Origin: Ectothiorhodospiraceae bacterium | GTDB lineage: Bacteria; Pseudomonadota; Gammaproteobacteria; Nitrococcales; Nitrococcaceae | Direction of reading: 5' to 3' | NCBI GenBank assembly: GCA_050117435.1 | Contig: JASFMS010000001.1 | Location: 1-27,446 of the forward strand | DNA: 27,446 nucleotides | In this document: piece by piece, positions 25,801 to 27,446 of the stretch | Layout of the letters: each line of letters starts with the position of its first letter | How positions within the stretch are numbered: position 1 is the stretch's first letter | Position numbers and translations under genes: made by a program | Notes under the pieces: model-generated | Told to the model about the DNA's origin: nothing | Databases searched by the model: none | What the model saw: the letters and a program-made list of their open reading frames with translations, nothing else

Positions 25801-26474
25801 TGAACGGCGCGTTCGTGGAGCTCGCGGTCAGCGACACGGGCAGCGGGATCGACGCCGGGGTACTGGAACGGATGTTCGAACCCTTCTTCACCACCAAAGA
25901 CGTGGGAAGGGGCAGCGGGATGGGCCTTTCCACCGTCCACGGCGTCATTCACGAGCACCGCGGCCACCTGCTGGTCGATACACGTCGCGGCGCCGGCACG
26001 ACTTTTCGGGTGTTGTTTCCGCCCGCGGCCAGCGAGTCCGAAGCTCCAATGCAGCCGGACACCGCCGCTGACAGCGATTCCCTGACCGAGACCCCGAACA
26101 GTGCACGGCTGCTGGTTGTGGACGATGAAGTCTCGGTCCGCGAGTTCCTGCGGGATCTGCTGGAAAATCGCGGGTTCAACGTGACCACCGCGGCCGACGG
26201 ACGCGAGGCCCTGTCCCTGCTGACGCAGGCGCCGGAACGCTTCGATCTCGTCATCAGCGACCAGATCATGCCCCGCCTCACCGGCGTCGGGATGACGCGG
26301 CAGCTGCGGGAGCGCGGCATACTTACTCCCGTGCTGCTGTGCACCGGTTTCAGCGAGGGCATCAGCGAGACCCAGGCCCGGGAGGCAGGGGTTGAGTCGA
26401 TTCTGAGAAAGCCACTGGAACCTGCTGAATTATTCGGCGAAATTAACGATTTGACTGAAGGACTGAAGGACTGA
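22866..26474 (+). CDS. Cytoplasmic hybrid histidine kinase: PAS-GAF-PAS-PAS-PAS-PAS-HisKA-HATPase-REC
   Basis: Five PAS units ending in (R/E)(D/E)IT; GAF YELMGTPC; H-box GIAHDFNNIL; N-box QVLMNLCINARDAM; VSDTGSG; FEPFFTTK; GSGMGLSTV; REC LVVDDE, ISDQIMP, LRKP. No TM segments. GTG at 22866 with GGAGG SD. Confidence 0.93.
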   Translation: MSPTCSFDSATGTPPEGPVIGGPLEQILDHGHLLVAVKDSRLRYVSASRPLREMFRHFGCDDPVGKTVAEILPDSYAGEMDRQDRLVITSGLPSENEGQLEVDGSVRTYLFARTPLFDAEGAPSGLCTIATEITVRKRTEDALRDVALGVSASGGEQIHRQIVRFLAKTLNVDVAMIGVLDGEDSDRIRTLAIWHSRNFIPNVTYELMGTPCEYVVGRAFEFVPRRLQELFPEDGMMRTFDLQSYAAYPLFDSQQKPLGLISVADRKPLTDRAITESILKIFSVRAASEVERARTEREKRISTASYRNIFEATEDCIFIHDFDTGRFVDMNPRACETYGYTREELLGLDVGQISSGEPPYTLETAKEYMDRARAGETVRAEWHRRNKDGSLHWDEVVLKTAVLAGRKRVLAVTRDITERKRAEAALRSREEQYRAIFNASVDGMALWSTDGRIVDVNPAFAAMHGYSRDEMLVQDPYTFVHPDSYEQLARFFDTFATGQPFHTEARDIRRDGTVLDVEVSGVLMDYLGEPHLLSIVRDITERRRAEERLRASEEQYRAIFDASADAMVLYNADGHIVDVNPAFVTLYGYTREQILEMPPQQRFHSDALPVLQRFLDRVRTGWFHEGERANRPLKEETRETTRDGRNLDLEAHLVAMYYQSRPHVLCIKRDITERKEREAALHKSEDRLRATVEAALDCIVSMDAEGNIIEFNPAAERCFGYRRAEALGQPLAELLIPERDREAHRQGLARYLTRKEGPYLGRRMQVTALRRDGTEFPAELAIAVAQGADGDIFIGYLRDITEQRQADRARVELERQLRQAQKMEAIGHLTGGIAHDFNNILTSVLGYTLLARESAAGQEKLLRYLDQVQTAGERARDLIRQMLTFSRGERGEPRFMRLSTLVTEAVRLFGSTFPSSVEFRTEPDPNAPGVRADPVLVEQVLMNLCINARDAMNGEGTIRITVDYHPALAGVCASCRQSVNGAFVELAVSDTGSGIDAGVLERMFEPFFTTKDVGRGSGMGLSTVHGVIHEHRGHLLVDTRRGAGTTFRVLFPPAASESEAPMQPDTAADSDSLTETPNSARLLVVDDEVSVREFLRDLLENRGFNVTTAADGREALSLLTQAPERFDLVISDQIMPRLTGVGMTRQLRERGILTPVLLCTGFSEGISETQAREAGVESILRKPLEPAELFGEINDLTEGLKD

Positions 26475-26476
26475 AG
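26453..26476 (+). repeat. Three exact tandem copies of GACTGAAG spanning the kinase stop codon
   Basis: GACTGAAG at 26453, 26461 and 26469. TGA at 26472-26474. Confidence 0.9.
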
Positions 26477-26592
26477 GCGGGATTGTGGAAGTCGGCGAGT
26501 TGTCGCGAAATTTTGGGACCGCCAGGCGGAGAAGTTTCACGAGGGCTGCGGTGGTGCCCCGTCTGTCAGTCCACATTGCACAGTCCTCAGTT

Positions 26593-26618
26593 GGGACTGC
26601 CCCCGCAGGGGCAGCCCC
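26593..26618. terminator. GC-rich hairpin between convergent genes (probable terminator)
   Basis: GGGACTGCCCC-CGCA-GGGGCAGCCCC, 10 of 11 pairs, 11 nt past the ferritin-like gene stop. No strong U-tract. Confidence 0.55.
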
Positions 26619-26629
26619 ATCGTCGTCCC

Positions 26630-27446
26630 TTAAAGAATCGGCGCCAGCGCCTCGCCAATCCGCTGCATCTGCGCATCGGTGGTGAGACGTCCGATCACCC
26701 CCTGAAAACGCGGGTCGGTAACGCCGGAGACGATGTACTGCCAGCGGTAGGCCTTGAGCACGCCATCCCGGATCGCCTGGGCCTCCTCGGCGGTGAAGGC
26801 ACGGCCGGCGATAGCGACGAAGTAGTCGGCGTCCGCCCTGGACTGGGCCTGGAGGATACCGTCAACCGCTCCGACGAGAGCAATGAGATCGTCCACGGCC
26901 CTGTCGCGCTCCTCCGCCGTCAGACGGTCGTGCTCTCGCTGCCACTCGATCTCGTCCAGAATCGCGTGCTGGGACTCCTCGCGCCAGTGGTAGAGGAACA
27001 CGTCCTTGTACAGATCCGAAAGCGCCTCGTCCGGCTCAATGCTCTGGCGATAGTGGGCCTGGGTGAAGAGCTCGATATGGCAGGTCAGCCCCAGCACCGC
27101 CCAGGTGGACTTGCTCAGGACGGCCTGCGCCACGGCGTCGGGGTCCGCCGTCTGGACGTAGCCCTCCGGCATTCCGTCGGCGATCATGGCCTCGATGCGC
27201 CGGAACATTTCCTGATGCTTGATCTCCTCGTCGCTGAAACGCACCAGCGCCTCCAGGGCCTTCTGGTTGCCCAGCCAGTGATCCCGGCTCACCTCCAGCA
27301 CCTTGGCGTTGATGAACCGCTCCACCAGACCGAAGATGTACGCGTAGGTGCGCCCCTGGACCTGGCTCAACAGGCGCTTTTCCCCATCCGAAAGGAATTC
27401 CAGCTCATTGACGCGGGACAGCCCGTCGGGCAGGAACTTCCGGCTG
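26630..27446 (-). CDS. Ferritin-like di-iron protein (AurF-like), N-terminus outside the window
   Basis: Frame is open to the window end (SRKFLPDGLSRVNELEFLS...). Four-helix ligand pattern: LVERF, SDEEIKH, HIELFT, WREESQH. Confidence 0.75.
   Translation of the reverse strand, partial: SRKFLPDGLSRVNELEFLSDGEKRLLSQVQGRTYAYIFGLVERFINAKVLEVSRDHWLGNQKALEALVRFSDEEIKHQEMFRRIEAMIADGMPEGYVQTADPDAVAQAVLSKSTWAVLGLTCHIELFTQAHYRQSIEPDEALSDLYKDVFLYHWREESQHAILDEIEWQREHDRLTAEERDRAVDDLIALVGAVDGILQAQSRADADYFVAIAGRAFTAEEAQAIRDGVLKAYRWQYIVSGVTDPRFQGVIGRLTTDAQMQRIGEALAPIL

Noticed and set aside
24183-25967. 594-aa minus-strand ORF (also 6189-7517, 9103-10218, 13682-14647, 22094-23332, 20503-21858)
   Set aside because: Shadow or out-of-frame ORFs over well-supported genes, with Arg/Pro/Ala-rich nonsense composition. 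Only the last 50 codons of 20503-21858 were kept as a candidate.
1-27446. CRISPR arrays, tRNA/rRNA, IS elements, integrases, defence or toxin genes
   Set aside because: No spaced repeat arrays, structural RNA signatures, transposase/recombinase motifs or terminal inverted repeats were recognised.

Overview
GC-rich proteobacterial window, probably Gammaproteobacteria (inferred from the YfaZ-like barrel), with about 24 CDS. I saw no rRNA, tRNA, CRISPR array or mobile element. Left block (minus strand): a membrane-bound PAS histidine kinase, a FixJ/NodW-type response regulator, a YfaZ-like outer-membrane barrel, a stand-alone receiver, a secreted OB-fold-like protein, a Cys-type sulfatase and a partial DUF1622 gene. 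An MscS-family channel follows on the plus strand. Middle (minus strand): a tightly coupled five-gene operon of a Cache-GAF-class III cyclase-like sensor, MlaE-like permease, MlaF-like ABC-ATPase fold, MlaD/MCE protein and TPR-like lipoprotein. Both of its nucleotide-handling domains lack their catalytic motifs. Next come a lipoprotein with two HdeD/DUF308 paralogues, a PpiC-HupE/UreJ pair, and a LysR divergent from an NAD(P)H:quinone oxidoreductase. Right block: a small membrane ORF, an OmpR-type regulator, a DUF1127-alpha/beta hydrolase pair, a 5-PAS/GAF hybrid kinase with a FixL-like heme PAS, and a partial ferritin-like di-iron protein. Two results stand out: (1) the double-pseudoenzyme MCE operon, and (2) an 18-bp palindrome ATNGGAC-N4-GTCCNAT found four times, each lying exactly 22 bp from a -10-like hexamer (five promoters, one site bidirectional). 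The palindrome defines a putative regulon that may include the MCE operon. All family calls come from motif recognition; no database search was run.
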